Shown here piece by piece: positions 40,394 through 51,313 of a stretch of 64,000 bases of DNA. Both the position numbers and the translations under genes were made by a program. A model generated the notes under the pieces. It did no database searches, was not told where the DNA came from, and worked only from the letters and a program-made list of their open reading frames with translations. Positions within the stretch are counted from its first letter, which is position 1; each line of letters begins with the position of its first letter. This DNA comes from an uncultured delta proteobacterium (GTDB lineage Bacteria > Myxococcota_A > Polyangia > Fen-1088): NCBI GenBank assembly GCA_963737265.1, contig CAVTRY010000023.1:448001-512000 (forward strand), in the 5' to 3' direction.

Positions 40394-41506
40394 ATGAGCC
40401 ATTCCCACTCCGAAACGATAAGAGTCTTCTTCGATACCCAGGCCTTCCGCCTCCAAAGGGTTGGGGGCATCTCAAGGTACTATGCCGAGCTAATCCACCG
40501 GCTGCCGGCATTCAACGTGGCTCCTACCCTGCACATGCCGCTGGTGAGCAATGAACACGCCGTCACGGCCGGACTTTCGAGCAAGACCGGGAGCGATTTT
40601 CTTTCCGGCCATTCCCGTGCACGAGGCTTGGTCCATGCAGCGCTCCGATATGGCGACACGATTTTCGGCGCGTTGGGCCGTTTCGACATTCTTCACCGAA
40701 CGTATTACTCAAAGACCCGAGCCGTACGGCAACCGGCCGTCTGCACCGTCGTTGACATGATTCCCGAGCTGTTTCCGGACCACTTCCCGAATGGCAATCC
40801 GCACCAGCAAAAGCGGGAGGTCGTCGCATCCTCCGATCTGGTGCTTTCCATCTCAGAATCCACCAGCCGTGACATCGTGCAGATGTACGGCTGCCCCGCC
40901 GAAAAGGTCGTGACGACCCCTCTTGGGATCGACCTGCAAGCGTTCTCTCACGCGCCCAAGCTGCCCAATCCGTTTACCGTGCCCTATGTACTCTTCGTCG
41001 GGAATCGCGGCGGGTATAAGAACTTTGGCCGCTTCAGCGCCGCCGCCAGCGCCGTACTTGCATCCAACCCGAATCTGTCGTTGGCCGTGCTAGGCGGAGG
41101 CGACCTTCGGCAGGAGGAGGTCGAGGTGTTTTCGCGCACAGGGGTCATTGATCGGGTTCGGCAGGCAAGCGTTCCAGACGCCGCGCTGCCAACTATCTAC
41201 AGCGAAGCCGAGCTTTTTGTCTTCCCCTCCGAGTACGAGGGGTTCGGACTACCCCTTCTCGAAAGCTTTGCCAGCGGTTGTCCGGTCGCTGCGAGCCGAA
41301 CAAGCTCGCTTCCGGAGGTTGGTGGCCAGGCCATCGAATACTTCGACCCCAAATCCGTCGATGACATCGCCCACGCCATGGAAAAGGTCATCGGATCGCC
41401 GGCGCGGGCCGATGAGCTAAAGCGTTTGGGAAACGAAAGGGTCAAGCTCTTCTCTTGGGAACGCACTGCGGAGCTCACGGCGGCGGCGTATCGCCGACTC
41501 CGCTGA
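40394..41506 (+). CDS. GT4 glycosyltransferase
   Basis: GGISRY, YKNF, YEGFGLPLLE and FSWERTA motifs. Confidence 0.93.
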   Translation: MSHSHSETIRVFFDTQAFRLQRVGGISRYYAELIHRLPAFNVAPTLHMPLVSNEHAVTAGLSSKTGSDFLSGHSRARGLVHAALRYGDTIFGALGRFDILHRTYYSKTRAVRQPAVCTVVDMIPELFPDHFPNGNPHQQKREVVASSDLVLSISESTSRDIVQMYGCPAEKVVTTPLGIDLQAFSHAPKLPNPFTVPYVLFVGNRGGYKNFGRFSAAASAVLASNPNLSLAVLGGGDLRQEEVEVFSRTGVIDRVRQASVPDAALPTIYSEAELFVFPSEYEGFGLPLLESFASGCPVAASRTSSLPEVGGQAIEYFDPKSVDDIAHAMEKVIGSPARADELKRLGNERVKLFSWERTAELTAAAYRRLR

Positions 41507-41570
41507 CTCGACGGATCCATGCGGCTTGATTCGGCAGTCCAAATCGGCAATATTTCCCGGTAATTCTGCG

Positions 41571-42410
41571 ATGATCGAACTTCCCTCACAGCATCGGACG
41601 CTGATTCTTCGCCCGACGGCGGCCCTGTCCTGGCAGGACGTCCGAGACACGTGGGACTACCGCGAGCTGCTATGGATCCTGGCCCTACGAGACGTCAGAG
41701 TGCGCTATAAACAGGCCTCCCTGGGGATCGCGTGGGCCCTACTCCAGCCCCTCGTCCAGATGGTGGTCTTCACAGTGCTCTTCAACCGTTTGGCGGGTTT
41801 GCGCAGCGACGGCTCCGTACCCTATCCCGTGTTTTGCCTGGCCGGTCTCACCGTCTGGGGCTTGTTCGCCAGCGGACTGTCGAACGCCAGCGAGAGCCTC
41901 CTCAACAGCGCCAACCTCGTGACCAAGGTCTACTTCCCGCGCGTCCTCATTCCCTTGGCGACCATTTTGGCGGCGGTGGTTGACTGCGCCATCGCTGGCG
42001 TCTTGCTGGCCGGATTGATGATCGTGATGCATGTTCCCTTTCACGCCACCGCCTTGCTCGCCGTGCCGATAGCAGCGATCGCGGCTCTGTGTGCGGCATC
42101 GTTGGGTCTTTGGGCTGCAGCGCTCAATCTGCACTACCGAGACGTGCGCTACGCCTTGCCATTTTTCATCCAAATCCTGGTGTACGCGACGCCGGTCTTC
42201 TACTCGGCCTCGGTCGTGCCCGAAAGATACCGTCCGTTTCTGGCCCTCAACCCGATGGTCGCGGTGGTCAACGGGTTTCGTGCCGCCCTGTTCGGCAATC
42301 CGATCCCGTTTGCGCCCCTCGGTCTAGCGCTGGCCTTTTCCTTGCTCGTCGGTTTGCTTGGCTTCGTCCGCTTTCGGCAGCTAGAGCGAACCTTCGCGGA
42401 TCGGATCTGA
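41571..42410 (+). CDS. wzm: Polysaccharide ABC exporter permease
   Basis: [18 protein letters not shown] and FADRI motifs. Confidence 0.93.
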   Translation: MIELPSQHRTLILRPTAALSWQDVRDTWDYRELLWILALRDVRVRYKQASLGIAWALLQPLVQMVVFTVLFNRLAGLRSDGSVPYPVFCLAGLTVWGLFASGLSNASESLLNSANLVTKVYFPRVLIPLATILAAVVDCAIAGVLLAGLMIVMHVPFHATALLAVPIAAIAALCAASLGLWAAALNLHYRDVRYALPFFIQILVYATPVFYSASVVPERYRPFLALNPMVAVVNGFRAALFGNPIPFAPLGLALAFSLLVGLLGFVRFRQLERTFADRI

Positions 42411-43708
42411 TGGCACAGCCTATCATCGAAGCCCGCGATCTGGGCAAACGGTACTTCCTCGGTACCGGGGGTGGCCAAACGCTGCGAGAGACGATCATCA
42501 GCGGCTTCACGGCGCCCTTCCGCTATCTGGCCGGTCAAAGGACCCCGCAAGAGAGTTTCTGGGCCCTCAAGGATGTCGCATTCGACATCGCGGCCGGCGA
42601 GGCCGTGGGCATCATTGGCCGCAACGGCGCCGGAAAGTCGACCCTGCTCAAGGTTCTTTCGCGTATCACGTCGCCAACCACGGGCGAGGTGCGCATCCAC
42701 GGCAAGGTGGCGTCGTTGCTCGAAGTGGGCACCGGCTTTCACCCCGAGCTGAGCGGGCGAGAAAACATCTTTCTCAATGGCGCCATCATGGGAATGACAC
42801 GCGCGGAAGTGCGCGCCAGCTTCGACGAGATCGTCGCCTTTGCCGAGGTAGACAAGTTCCTCGACACTCCCGTCAAGCGCTACTCGTCCGGGATGTACGT
42901 GCGCCTCGCGTTCGCCGTGGCCGCGCATCTCCAGCCCGAAATCCTTGTGGTCGACGAGGTACTCGCCGTGGGCGACGCTTCCTTTCAGAAAAAGTGCTTG
43001 GGCAAGATGCAAAACGTGGCGTCCGGCGGTCGCACGGTCTTGTTCGTCAGCCACAACATGGCGGCCATTACGCGCTTGTGCAGCCGCGCCATCCTCCTCA
43101 GTCACGGCCAGGTCGCCGCGGAGGGCCCCGTCGCGAAGGTGGCCGGCATCTACGCGGGTGGAACCAACGGCGAGAGCGCCACCGAGATCGACTTTCGTCG
43201 GCGCGGAAAAACCCCGGAATCGGAGCACGTTCGGCTGCTGGCGGCGCGCCTCATCGGCGACCAGCCAGGATCGCCGGCCGTGGACATCCGGCGGCCGTTT
43301 TCATTTCAGTTCGATTTCGAAGTGCTGAACGACCGCTATCCGCTCCACCCCAACTTCCACATTTTCAACGAAGAGGGCAGCTGCGTCTTCGTCAGCAGCG
43401 ACGGCTGCGTGCGCGCGTACCAGCGGCCCAAGGTGCCCGGTGTCTATCGCTCGACGGTCACTATCCCGGGCAACTTCATGGCGGAGGGAATGTTCTCGAT
43501 GGACTTCGCCATCTCGACACTCGATCCTGTCATCGTTCACGTCTTAGAGCGTGGCTTGTTCACGTTCAGCATTCACGACGCGGTCGAAGGCGACTCCGCG
43601 CGTGGCATGTATGCGGGGCCGATGCCCGGGGCCGTGCGACCGATGCTGCCGTGGCAAACCGAAGCGCTGGGCACGGTCGTCAACCTGAGAGAACGGGGCG
43701 AGACATGA
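42410..43708 (+). CDS. wzt: Polysaccharide ABC exporter ATPase with C-terminal carbohydrate-binding (Wzt_C) domain
   Basis: [14 protein letters not shown] and DEVLAVGD motifs plus a long C-terminal domain; TGATG coupling to wzm. Confidence 0.93.
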   Translation: MAQPIIEARDLGKRYFLGTGGGQTLRETIISGFTAPFRYLAGQRTPQESFWALKDVAFDIAAGEAVGIIGRNGAGKSTLLKVLSRITSPTTGEVRIHGKVASLLEVGTGFHPELSGRENIFLNGAIMGMTRAEVRASFDEIVAFAEVDKFLDTPVKRYSSGMYVRLAFAVAAHLQPEILVVDEVLAVGDASFQKKCLGKMQNVASGGRTVLFVSHNMAAITRLCSRAILLSHGQVAAEGPVAKVAGIYAGGTNGESATEIDFRRRGKTPESEHVRLLAARLIGDQPGSPAVDIRRPFSFQFDFEVLNDRYPLHPNFHIFNEEGSCVFVSSDGCVRAYQRPKVPGVYRSTVTIPGNFMAEGMFSMDFAISTLDPVIVHVLERGLFTFSIHDAVEGDSARGMYAGPMPGAVRPMLPWQTEALGTVVNLRERGET

Positions 43709-44475
43709 AAGCGGTGATTCTGGCGGGCGGAATGGGAACTCGCATCAGCGAAGAAACGCAGGTTCGCCCCAAACCCATGGTCGAGATCGGCGGGCGACCG
43801 GTGCTCTGGCACATCATGAAGATGTACGCACACCACGGGGTTCGCGACTTCATCGTGTGCCTCGGATACAAGGGGTACGTCATCAAAGAGTACTTCGCGA
43901 ACTACTTCATCCACAATTCCGACGTCACCTTCCATCTCGCCGACAACCGCATCGACGTTCACGAGCGCAAGGCCGAACCCTGGCACGTGACCCTGGTCGA
44001 CACCGGGGAGAAGACCCAAACGGGTGGGCGCTTGAAGCGCGTGCAGTCCTATGTGGGCAACGAAACTTTTTGCATGACCTACGGTGATGGTCTGGCGGAC
44101 GTCGACATCGCCAAGAGCATCCGGTTCCACGAATCCCAAGCCCGGCTGGCGACGGTCACGGCCGTAACTCCGCCCGGACGGTTCGGCATGCTAACCGTCG
44201 AGGATCGCCTGATCACCGGCTTCAGCGAAAAACCACCCGGTGATGGCGCAAGAATCAACGGCGGATTTTTTGTGCTCTCACCCAAGGTGTTCGATTACAT
44301 CGTCGGCGATCATACCAGTTGGGAACGGGAGCCGATCGAACGCCTGGCCACCGAAGGACAGCTTTCGGCGTTCCTGCACGAGGGATTCTGGCAACCCATG
44401 GACCACATGAGGGACAAGGCGTTGCTCGAAGGCCTGTGGAATTCGGGCTCTGCGCCATGGAAGGTTTGGAAATGA
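43705..44475 (+). CDS. rfbF: Glucose-1-phosphate cytidylyltransferase
   Basis: [32 protein letters not shown] and GFWQPMD motifs. Confidence 0.95.
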   Translation: MKAVILAGGMGTRISEETQVRPKPMVEIGGRPVLWHIMKMYAHHGVRDFIVCLGYKGYVIKEYFANYFIHNSDVTFHLADNRIDVHERKAEPWHVTLVDTGEKTQTGGRLKRVQSYVGNETFCMTYGDGLADVDIAKSIRFHESQARLATVTAVTPPGRFGMLTVEDRLITGFSEKPPGDGARINGGFFVLSPKVFDYIVGDHTSWEREPIERLATEGQLSAFLHEGFWQPMDHMRDKALLEGLWNSGSAPWKVWK

Positions 44476-45530
44476 ATCGCGCCTTCTGGCAGGGCCGGCC
44501 GGTGCTGCTGACGGGACACACCGGTTTCAAGGGAAGTTGGCTCAGCCTCATTCTCGATCGATTGGGAGCCAGGGTCACGGGCTATGCCCTGGCGCCGCAG
44601 GGCGAGCGGAATCTGTTCGAATCGGCGCGCGTCGCCCGGCACGTGACATCGGTTTTTGCCGACATTCGCGATGTCAATACATTGAAGGCGACGGCCATTG
44701 CAGCAGCGCCCGAGATCATCTTGCATCTCGCGGCCCAGTCTCTCGTACTGACGTCCTACGGCGCGCCGCTGGAGACGTTCGCCACGAACGTCCTTGGAAC
44801 CGCGAATATCTTGGAAGCAGCCCGTTCCGTGCCGTCGGTGCGGGCGGTGGTCGTGGTGACGACGGACAAGGTCTACAAGAACCAAGAGCGGATCCGACCC
44901 TATCGCGAGGACGACGAGCTGGGCGGGCGCGATCCTTATTCCAGCAGCAAGGCCTGCGCGGAGCTGGTGGCGTCGGCCTATCGCGATTCTTTCCTGAGCA
45001 CGCGCGGGATCGCCTGCGCGACTGCACGGGCCGGCAACGTGATCGGAGGCGGCGACTGGGCCGACAACCGTATCGTCCCGGACTTCGTGCGCGCCGCTCT
45101 GGCCAAGCGCCCGCTGGTGGTTCGGAATCCGGACAGCACACGTCCTTGGCAGCACTTGCTGGAGCCGCTGGAGGGATATCTGCTGCTGGCCGAACGGCTG
45201 GCGGCAGAACCTTCGCGCTGGCAAGGCGCATGGAATTTCGGCCCACCAGCAGACGCCGTGCGGCCGGTGCGCCGACTCGTCGACGATTTGGTGGCGGCCT
45301 GGGGCGAAGGTTCCTCCTGTGCCCATGAGCCCGTGGAACAGCCCCACGAGGCCACGCTCCTGACCCTGGATTCTGCCAAGGCCAGGCAAGAGCTGGGCTG
45401 GGCGCCCAGCCTGGGCTACGCGCGCGGCGTTCAGCTCACCGTGGAGTGGTACAAGGCCTTCACGCGCGGCGAAGATCTCGAAGCGGTGACGCTCGCGCAG
45501 ATAGATTCAGGCCTGCCCAACCGCGTTTGA
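44472..45530 (+). CDS. rfbG: CDP-glucose 4,6-dehydratase
   Basis: [34 protein letters not shown] and RPWQH motifs. Confidence 0.95.
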   Translation: MNRAFWQGRPVLLTGHTGFKGSWLSLILDRLGARVTGYALAPQGERNLFESARVARHVTSVFADIRDVNTLKATAIAAAPEIILHLAAQSLVLTSYGAPLETFATNVLGTANILEAARSVPSVRAVVVVTTDKVYKNQERIRPYREDDELGGRDPYSSSKACAELVASAYRDSFLSTRGIACATARAGNVIGGGDWADNRIVPDFVRAALAKRPLVVRNPDSTRPWQHLLEPLEGYLLLAERLAAEPSRWQGAWNFGPPADAVRPVRRLVDDLVAAWGEGSSCAHEPVEQPHEATLLTLDSAKARQELGWAPSLGYARGVQLTVEWYKAFTRGEDLEAVTLAQIDSGLPNRV

Positions 45531-45560
45531 CGTCATGGTTTTTCCCCTGGAACAAGTGTT

Positions 45561-46468
45561 TTGAGAGTCTTTGTCACAGGCGTCACGGGATTCGTCGGCC
45601 GTGCGTTCTGCCAGGCGGCACAGGCCCGCGGTCACCGAGATCCTCGGGCTCGTCCGCAACCCGAGCACACCCACGCGTGACGGATGCAAGACGGTGTGCG
45701 GCTCGCTCGAAGAACATGCCGTGGAAGGAAGTCGAAGCCTTCGCTCCGGATGCGGCACTTCACCTGGCTTGGATTGCCACGCCAGGGGTCTACCTGCAAT
45801 CGCCCGAAAACACCGTGCTCTTGGCGCAAAGTCAGACCCTACTACGTGGCCTCATGGACCGCGGCGTGAAACACATTGCGGGGGTTGGCACGTGCATCGA
45901 ATATGCGCCGTCCGTTGAGACGGCAGACGAGCAACACTCTGCACTCGCCCCCGCCTTCCCCTATTCGCGCGCCAAGGTAGAACTCATGAACTGGTTGCAA
46001 TCCGTGTGCAACCAAAGCTCCATCGCATGGACGTGGTTCCGCATCTTCTATCCTTACGGGGCCGGTGAACATCCTAGCCGGCTACCGAGCTATATGGTCC
46101 TTCGACTTCGACGGGGACAGGAGGTCGTCTTGTCGACGCCTCACAGCGTCAAGGATTTTATCTATATCTCCGACCTGGCGAGAGCACTCTGTCAGGGATT
46201 GGAGGCCAGAATCTCTGGCCCCGTGAATTTGGGTTCAGGGCAAGGTCGTTCCATTGGGCACCTTGCACAAACCATTGCCAGTCTGATGGAGATCGACCCC
46301 GCGCTCATTCGACTAGCCGCCTCGCCCGGCGTGGATCCTGCTCCGTTCCTAGTGGCAAACACATCGAAAATTCGCACCACGGGGTGGGAACCTTCGATGT
46401 CCCTTACCAGCGGACTGCAGAAGCTCATCGCAGTCCTGTCGTCTCCACCAACCTCGTCGCAACCATGA
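45561..46468 (+). CDS. NAD(P)-dependent NDP-4-keto-sugar reductase/epimerase (two +1 frameshifts near 45635 and 45715)
   Basis: TTG start gives LRVFVTGVTGFVG; HLAW, GTCIEY, YSRAK and DFIY follow in shifted frames. Confidence 0.8.
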
Positions 46469-47625
46469 ATCGTTCGCACTGCCCTGGCTGCTGCTCCACA
46501 TCCCTCGGGGACGAACTCTTATTGGAGAGCCAACCGGTCATTCTCAACTACCGCTTCGGCAATGCGAAAGAAGCACAAAGTGTTCCTCGTCGCGATTTGT
46601 GCCTGCGCGAGTGCCGCCAGTGCGGCCTCATCTTCAACGCCTCCACGGACAAGGCCCTCGTCCCTTACGACGAACGGTACGAAAACCGGCAGAACTTCTC
46701 GCCTGCTTTCGTCACGCTCCTCGAGGAAACCGCAGATGCGCTTGGCGAGCGTTATCCGCTCGCCGGCGGCACCATTCTCGAGGTGGGTTGTGGCAAGGGC
46801 GACTTTCTCCGCTTGATTTGTGCTCGATCTCACGCCAAAGGCTTGGGATTCGATACCTCTTATGAAGCCGACGACAAGGATCACGGCGGCGAAGAAAGCA
46901 GCAATGTCAGGTTCTTCCGGCGCTATCTCGGCGCTGACCAGGTGCCCGGCAGGGCGGACCTAGTGGTTTGCCGCCATGTCGTCGAACATGTGCCCGAGAT
47001 CGGGGATTTTCTCCGACTCCTGCGAGACGTGTCAATAGCCGCTGGGAATGCCCCTTTGTATGTAGAAACCCCAGCCTGGGAGTGGATTGTCGACAATCAG
47101 GCATTCTGGGATGTCTTTCACGAACACTGCAATTACTTCGCGACCTCCACGTTGCGCCGTCTGGCCGTGGCGGCCGACTTCTCCGTGCTAGGCCAGCGGC
47201 TGATCTTTGGCGGGCAATACCAAGCACTGGAACTTCGACACGGCCAAGCAGGGCAAGGCGATTCTGCAAGCGCCCCGATTCCATCGCTCGCGCACTTTGC
47301 GAAAACCTATGAAGAATCCCGCCGCAGACTGCAAGCCAGGCTACGCGAACAGGGGGCTGACGCGGGATGGGCCGTGTGGGGCGCAGGCGCCAAAGGTGTT
47401 TGCCTCGCCAATACCCTCAAGGAAATGCGGCCGACGTTTGTGATCGACTCGAATCCCGCGAAGAACGGGATGTTCGTCCCGGGCACGTCCATTCCCATCG
47501 TCGCCCCATCGGACGACCGCGTCCGCAGCGTGCCGCTCATCCTCATCGCCAACTCGGTCTACTACGCGGAAATCGAGCAGTACCTGGCATGCCGCGACCT
47601 CCATCCCGAGCTGCTTACCCTCTAA
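46465..47625 (+). CDS. SAM-dependent NDP-sugar C-methyltransferase-like protein
   Basis: N-terminal CxxC...CxxC, EVGCGKG, HVVEH, HEHCNYF and WGAGAKG motifs. Confidence 0.85.
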   Translation: MNRSHCPGCCSTSLGDELLLESQPVILNYRFGNAKEAQSVPRRDLCLRECRQCGLIFNASTDKALVPYDERYENRQNFSPAFVTLLEETADALGERYPLAGGTILEVGCGKGDFLRLICARSHAKGLGFDTSYEADDKDHGGEESSNVRFFRRYLGADQVPGRADLVVCRHVVEHVPEIGDFLRLLRDVSIAAGNAPLYVETPAWEWIVDNQAFWDVFHEHCNYFATSTLRRLAVAADFSVLGQRLIFGGQYQALELRHGQAGQGDSASAPIPSLAHFAKTYEESRRRLQARLREQGADAGWAVWGAGAKGVCLANTLKEMRPTFVIDSNPAKNGMFVPGTSIPIVAPSDDRVRSVPLILIANSVYYAEIEQYLACRDLHPELLTL

Positions 47626-47637
47626 CAAGCCAAGCCC

Positions 47638-48333
47638 ATGAAGCTTTCACTCGCACGCAACGAATTGTTGAGCTACACACAGCGCCAACTCAGCACCTTC
47701 TTTCCGGACGGTCACGCGACGACTCTGGGCGACCATTCCCCAACCGTCGACACGGCCCTGGACAGGCTCGATCGCTGCTTTAGACACGTGTCCGTGCGGC
47801 GATACTGCGAGAACGCACAGACCTTCATGAACCATCTCTATTCGGACCACTACCTAATGTACCTGTGGTTCCTTTCCAACACCCTGTGGAAGGAGAACGC
47901 CGATCCCGTCCTGCTCAACAAACTCTACTATCTCAACAAGTCCCTGCACGGCTTCGATTGTGTCTATGACACATCGATGCCGGACATCTTTCTAGTCTTT
48001 CACGGCAGTGGCACAGTACTGGGGAAGGCCGACTATTCGGACTACTTCGTGGCATTGCAGGGTTGCACCGTGGGTGCCCATAGTGGCAAGTACCCGCGCC
48101 TCGGGCGTGGCGTGGCGCTGGCCGCGCACAGTTCCATCATCGGCGAATGCATCATCGGAAATCGTGTTTCCATCGGCAGCCAAACCGGTGTCTTCAAGCG
48201 AAATGTCGAAGACGATTGCTCGATCTACCGGAAGGACGACGGACGCTTGGAAGTCTCTCGCAGGGCCAAGTGCTACGCGCAGATGTTCTACAGCGACGAC
48301 TTAGCCGCACCTCTCGTGTCGCCAACCGACTGA
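47638..48333 (+). CDS. Serine acetyltransferase-like left-handed beta-helix O-acetyltransferase
   Basis: HGSGTVLG, QGCTVG, YPRLG and hexapeptide repeats. Confidence 0.8.
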   Translation: MKLSLARNELLSYTQRQLSTFFPDGHATTLGDHSPTVDTALDRLDRCFRHVSVRRYCENAQTFMNHLYSDHYLMYLWFLSNTLWKENADPVLLNKLYYLNKSLHGFDCVYDTSMPDIFLVFHGSGTVLGKADYSDYFVALQGCTVGAHSGKYPRLGRGVALAAHSSIIGECIIGNRVSIGSQTGVFKRNVEDDCSIYRKDDGRLEVSRRAKCYAQMFYSDDLAAPLVSPTD

Positions 48334-48456
48334 AGAGGTTTTGAAGAAGCTCTGCTGGCAGCCCGATCTGTTCTCAAGAGCGGCATTAAGGTTGCTGTTC
48401 TATCACACGATCGGCTGTGCAATTGAAACAACGCCCATGCGGGCCCGCCGAAAATC

Positions 48457-49338
48457 CTAGGAGGGAGTTCTCAATAGTTGCCCCAGGTAGCCCCGCCAGC
48501 GGTTCCATATCCGCCACTTTAGTGCGATCGCGAGCGCAACGCGCGAGGCAAGCGCGACTCTCCCGTGCCGTCCGAGTGGCTCATAGACCGGCGAGCGCCA
48601 GGCGATGTCCGCTCCGACGGCCGACAGAATCGCCTCCGACCAATAGCGTGCTTGCCACTTCGGCAGGCGGAGTGTCGACACGATCGCATCCCAGTTCGCC
48701 GAGGCGCCACCGAGGTGTTTGATAACTTGGGTCGTGGGGATGGTCGCGATCTTCCCGCGGAAGGCGATGGACGCCATCCACAGCCAATCGCCACCCATCG
48801 TGTTGGGCATCCAGGGAAGATCGATCAAAGCTTGGCGTCGGATAATGCCGTGGAAGGCACCATTCTCCTCCACGGTCTTGTAGTAGCGCACGACGCGGTC
48901 GCTGGGCGAGTCGTCGAGCAACTGGGTCGGCGCGGAGGTGTAGCTGAATTCTCCCGCGCGATACATTTGCGATGTGCCGCACACCAAGATCAAATCCGGC
49001 GTGGAAAGAAGCTTTTCGAGGCACGCGCTGACGTAGTTCGGATCGAGCCAGTCGTCGTCGGCCAGAGCGATGTACATCTCGCCCGTCGCGGCCTTGAGCA
49101 CCGCCTGATAGTTTGCGGTGGGACCAATATTGGTTGGCTGTCGAAGACAGCGGATCCGACCGTCGCGTTGGCAAAGGCGTTCACAGACCTGCGGCGTATC
49201 GTCGGTCGAGGCGTTATCGGAGATGACGACCTCGAGGTTCTTGTAGTCCTGCGCCAGAACGAACTCCAGCGCGCGCTCCAGCTTGCGCGCGCGGTTGTAG
49301 GTGGGCAGGCCAATGCTTACGAGCGGTGTGGACGTCAT
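48457..49338 (-). CDS. GT2 glycosyltransferase
   Basis: VSIGLPTYN, DNASTD and ADDD motifs. Confidence 0.92.
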   Translation of the reverse strand: MTSTPLVSIGLPTYNRARKLERALEFVLAQDYKNLEVVISDNASTDDTPQVCERLCQRDGRIRCLRQPTNIGPTANYQAVLKAATGEMYIALADDDWLDPNYVSACLEKLLSTPDLILVCGTSQMYRAGEFSYTSAPTQLLDDSPSDRVVRYYKTVEENGAFHGIIRRQALIDLPWMPNTMGGDWLWMASIAFRGKIATIPTTQVIKHLGGASANWDAIVSTLRLPKWQARYWSEAILSAVGADIAWRSPVYEPLGRHGRVALASRVALAIALKWRIWNRWRGYLGQLLRTPS

Positions 49339-49447
49339 CGCCCGTCGGTACTACCACAGGCGATTTTGACCTTAAAGCGCAACGTGGGGCTCGGTGCAGG
49401 GGATGATGACTTGGCCGCCGTGGCGTCGACGCTATCGATCACCTGCG

Positions 49448-50026
49448 GGGTGCCTCCCTGAAACGGGGGCCCCAGCCGGGGGCTCGGTGAGGTAGCAACT
49501 TCTGGCGGAGTGCCGCCGAAAACGCAGATATGGAACAGCGAGGAACGGAGAAACAGAGACAGGATGACTTTACTGGGCAAATTATCGCCGCCTGCATCGA
49601 AGTCCACCGTCACCTCGGTCCCGGGCTGCTTGAGTCGGCCTACGAGCACTGCCTGGCGCGCGAGCTAGGCCTGCGTGGATTTCGCACGCAACGTCAGGTC
49701 GCGATTCCTCTGCAGTACAAAGGCATTGACCTCGACTGCGGCTATCGCCTCGACCTCATGGTGGAAGGCCGTTTGGTCGTCGAAGTCAAGGCGGTAGAGC
49801 AGTTGCTTCCTGTCCACTTGGCACAGGTCATTACCTATCTCAAGCTCCTACGACTGCCGGTGGGCCTGCTCGTCAATTTCCACGTCCCCGTACTTCGCGA
49901 GGGTCTCCGCCGCCTCGTCAACCCAACCCGTGATTCCTCTGGTCCTCCGTTCCTCCCTGTTTTTCCCTCCGATCCCACCTGCGCGGGGCGAGGTGAAGCC
50001 CCAGCCCCCATTTCAGGGAAGCACCC
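49448..50026 (+). mobile_element. GxxExxY-carrying TIR element, copy 3 (579 bp, intact)
   Basis: GGGTGCCTCCCTGAAACGGGGGC ... GCCCCCATTTCAGGGAAGCACCC; perfect direct repeat TCACCTGCG at 49439-49447 and 50027-50035. Confidence 0.96.
49530..50026 (+). CDS. GxxExxY (PDDEXK_3) nuclease-family protein; the frame stays open through the right TIR to 50735
   Basis: GPGLLESAYE, RLDLMVE, VEVK, AQVITYLK and GLLVNF motifs; the conserved domain ends at about 49925. Confidence 0.92.
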
Positions 50027-50079
50027 TCACCTGCGGCCCGGCCTTGCCCATTCCACCCGGAGTGGTCTAGACATGGAGG

Positions 50080-51313
50080 ATGGGTGTCAAAACATCATGC
50101 CGCTCCTGCGGGGGCAGCGGTCTCGAGTTGGTACTTTCCTTGGGATCCACGCCTTTGGCCAACGCGCTGGTTCGCGACCCAGCAGCGGGCCCCGAGCCTC
50201 GCTATCCGCTCGATCTCGTCTTCTGTCCGACCTGCACCCTGGTTCAAATCACCGAGACCGTTCCCCCGGAACAGCTGTTCAGCGACTACCTGTATTTCTC
50301 CTCGTTCTCCGACACCATGCTAGCGCACGCGCGCGAGTTGGTCGGCCGGTTCGTGGCCGCAGGGCAACTCGGGCCAGGTTCGCTGGCCATGGAGATCGCC
50401 AGCAACGATGGCTATCTCCTGCAGTACTACAAAGAGGCGGGCGTTCCTGCGCTTGGCATCGAGCCAGCGCGGAACGTGGCGCGCGTCGCGGTCGAAGAGC
50501 GGGGGATACCCACCCTCGCCGAGTTTTTCGATCTCGCCTTGGCGTCGCGACTACGCGCCGAAGGGAAGCGTGCCGATGTTTTGCACGCAAACAACGTTCT
50601 GGCGCACGTCGCGGACTTAAACGGTTTCGTCGCCGGCATCCGCGAGGTGCTCAAAACGGACGGCATCGCGGCGTTGGAATTCCCATACCTCGGCGACATG
50701 ATCGACAGGTGCGAGTTCGACACCATCTACCATGAGCACCTCTGCTACTTTTCCATCACCGCCCTCAAGCATCTTTTCGAACGCCACGGCCTCAAGATCG
50801 TCGATGTCGAGCACGTCCCCATCCACGGCGGCTCACTCCTGCTGCAAGTTGGTCACCGCGACTCCCCAAGCAACCCGGGACCATCCGTTGCGGCGCTGCT
50901 CGAACGAAGAGCACCGGCGCGGGTTTGCCACCATCGACTTCTATCGCAGTTTCGCTCGGCGCGTGTTCGAGCTCAAGGAAGAGCTTTTGTCGCTCCTCGC
51001 GCGCTTCAAGCGCGAAGGCAAACGCATTGCCGCCTACGGTGCGGCGGCCAAGGGAAGCACGCTTCTCAACGTCTTCGGTATCGGTGGCGAAACGTTGGAC
51101 TTCGTCGCCGACCGCAGCACTTACAAGCAGGGGCGCTACATGCCCGGGGTGCGTATTCCCATCGTTGCGCCCGACCGACTGTGCGAAGCGAGGCCCGACT
51201 ACACGTTGCTGCTCACCTGGAACTTCGCAGAGGAGATTTTTCGCCAACAGGCGGAGTACCGCCGTTTGGGAGGACGATTCATTCTGCCCCTCCCGGAAGT
51301 GAGAGTCGTTTGA
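50080..51313 (+). CDS. NDP-hexose C-methyltransferase (frameshift near 50905)
   Basis: CRSCG, CPTC, EIASNDG and DTIYHEHLCYF; YGAAAKG, KQGRYMPG and WNFAEEI lie in the next frame. Confidence 0.9.
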
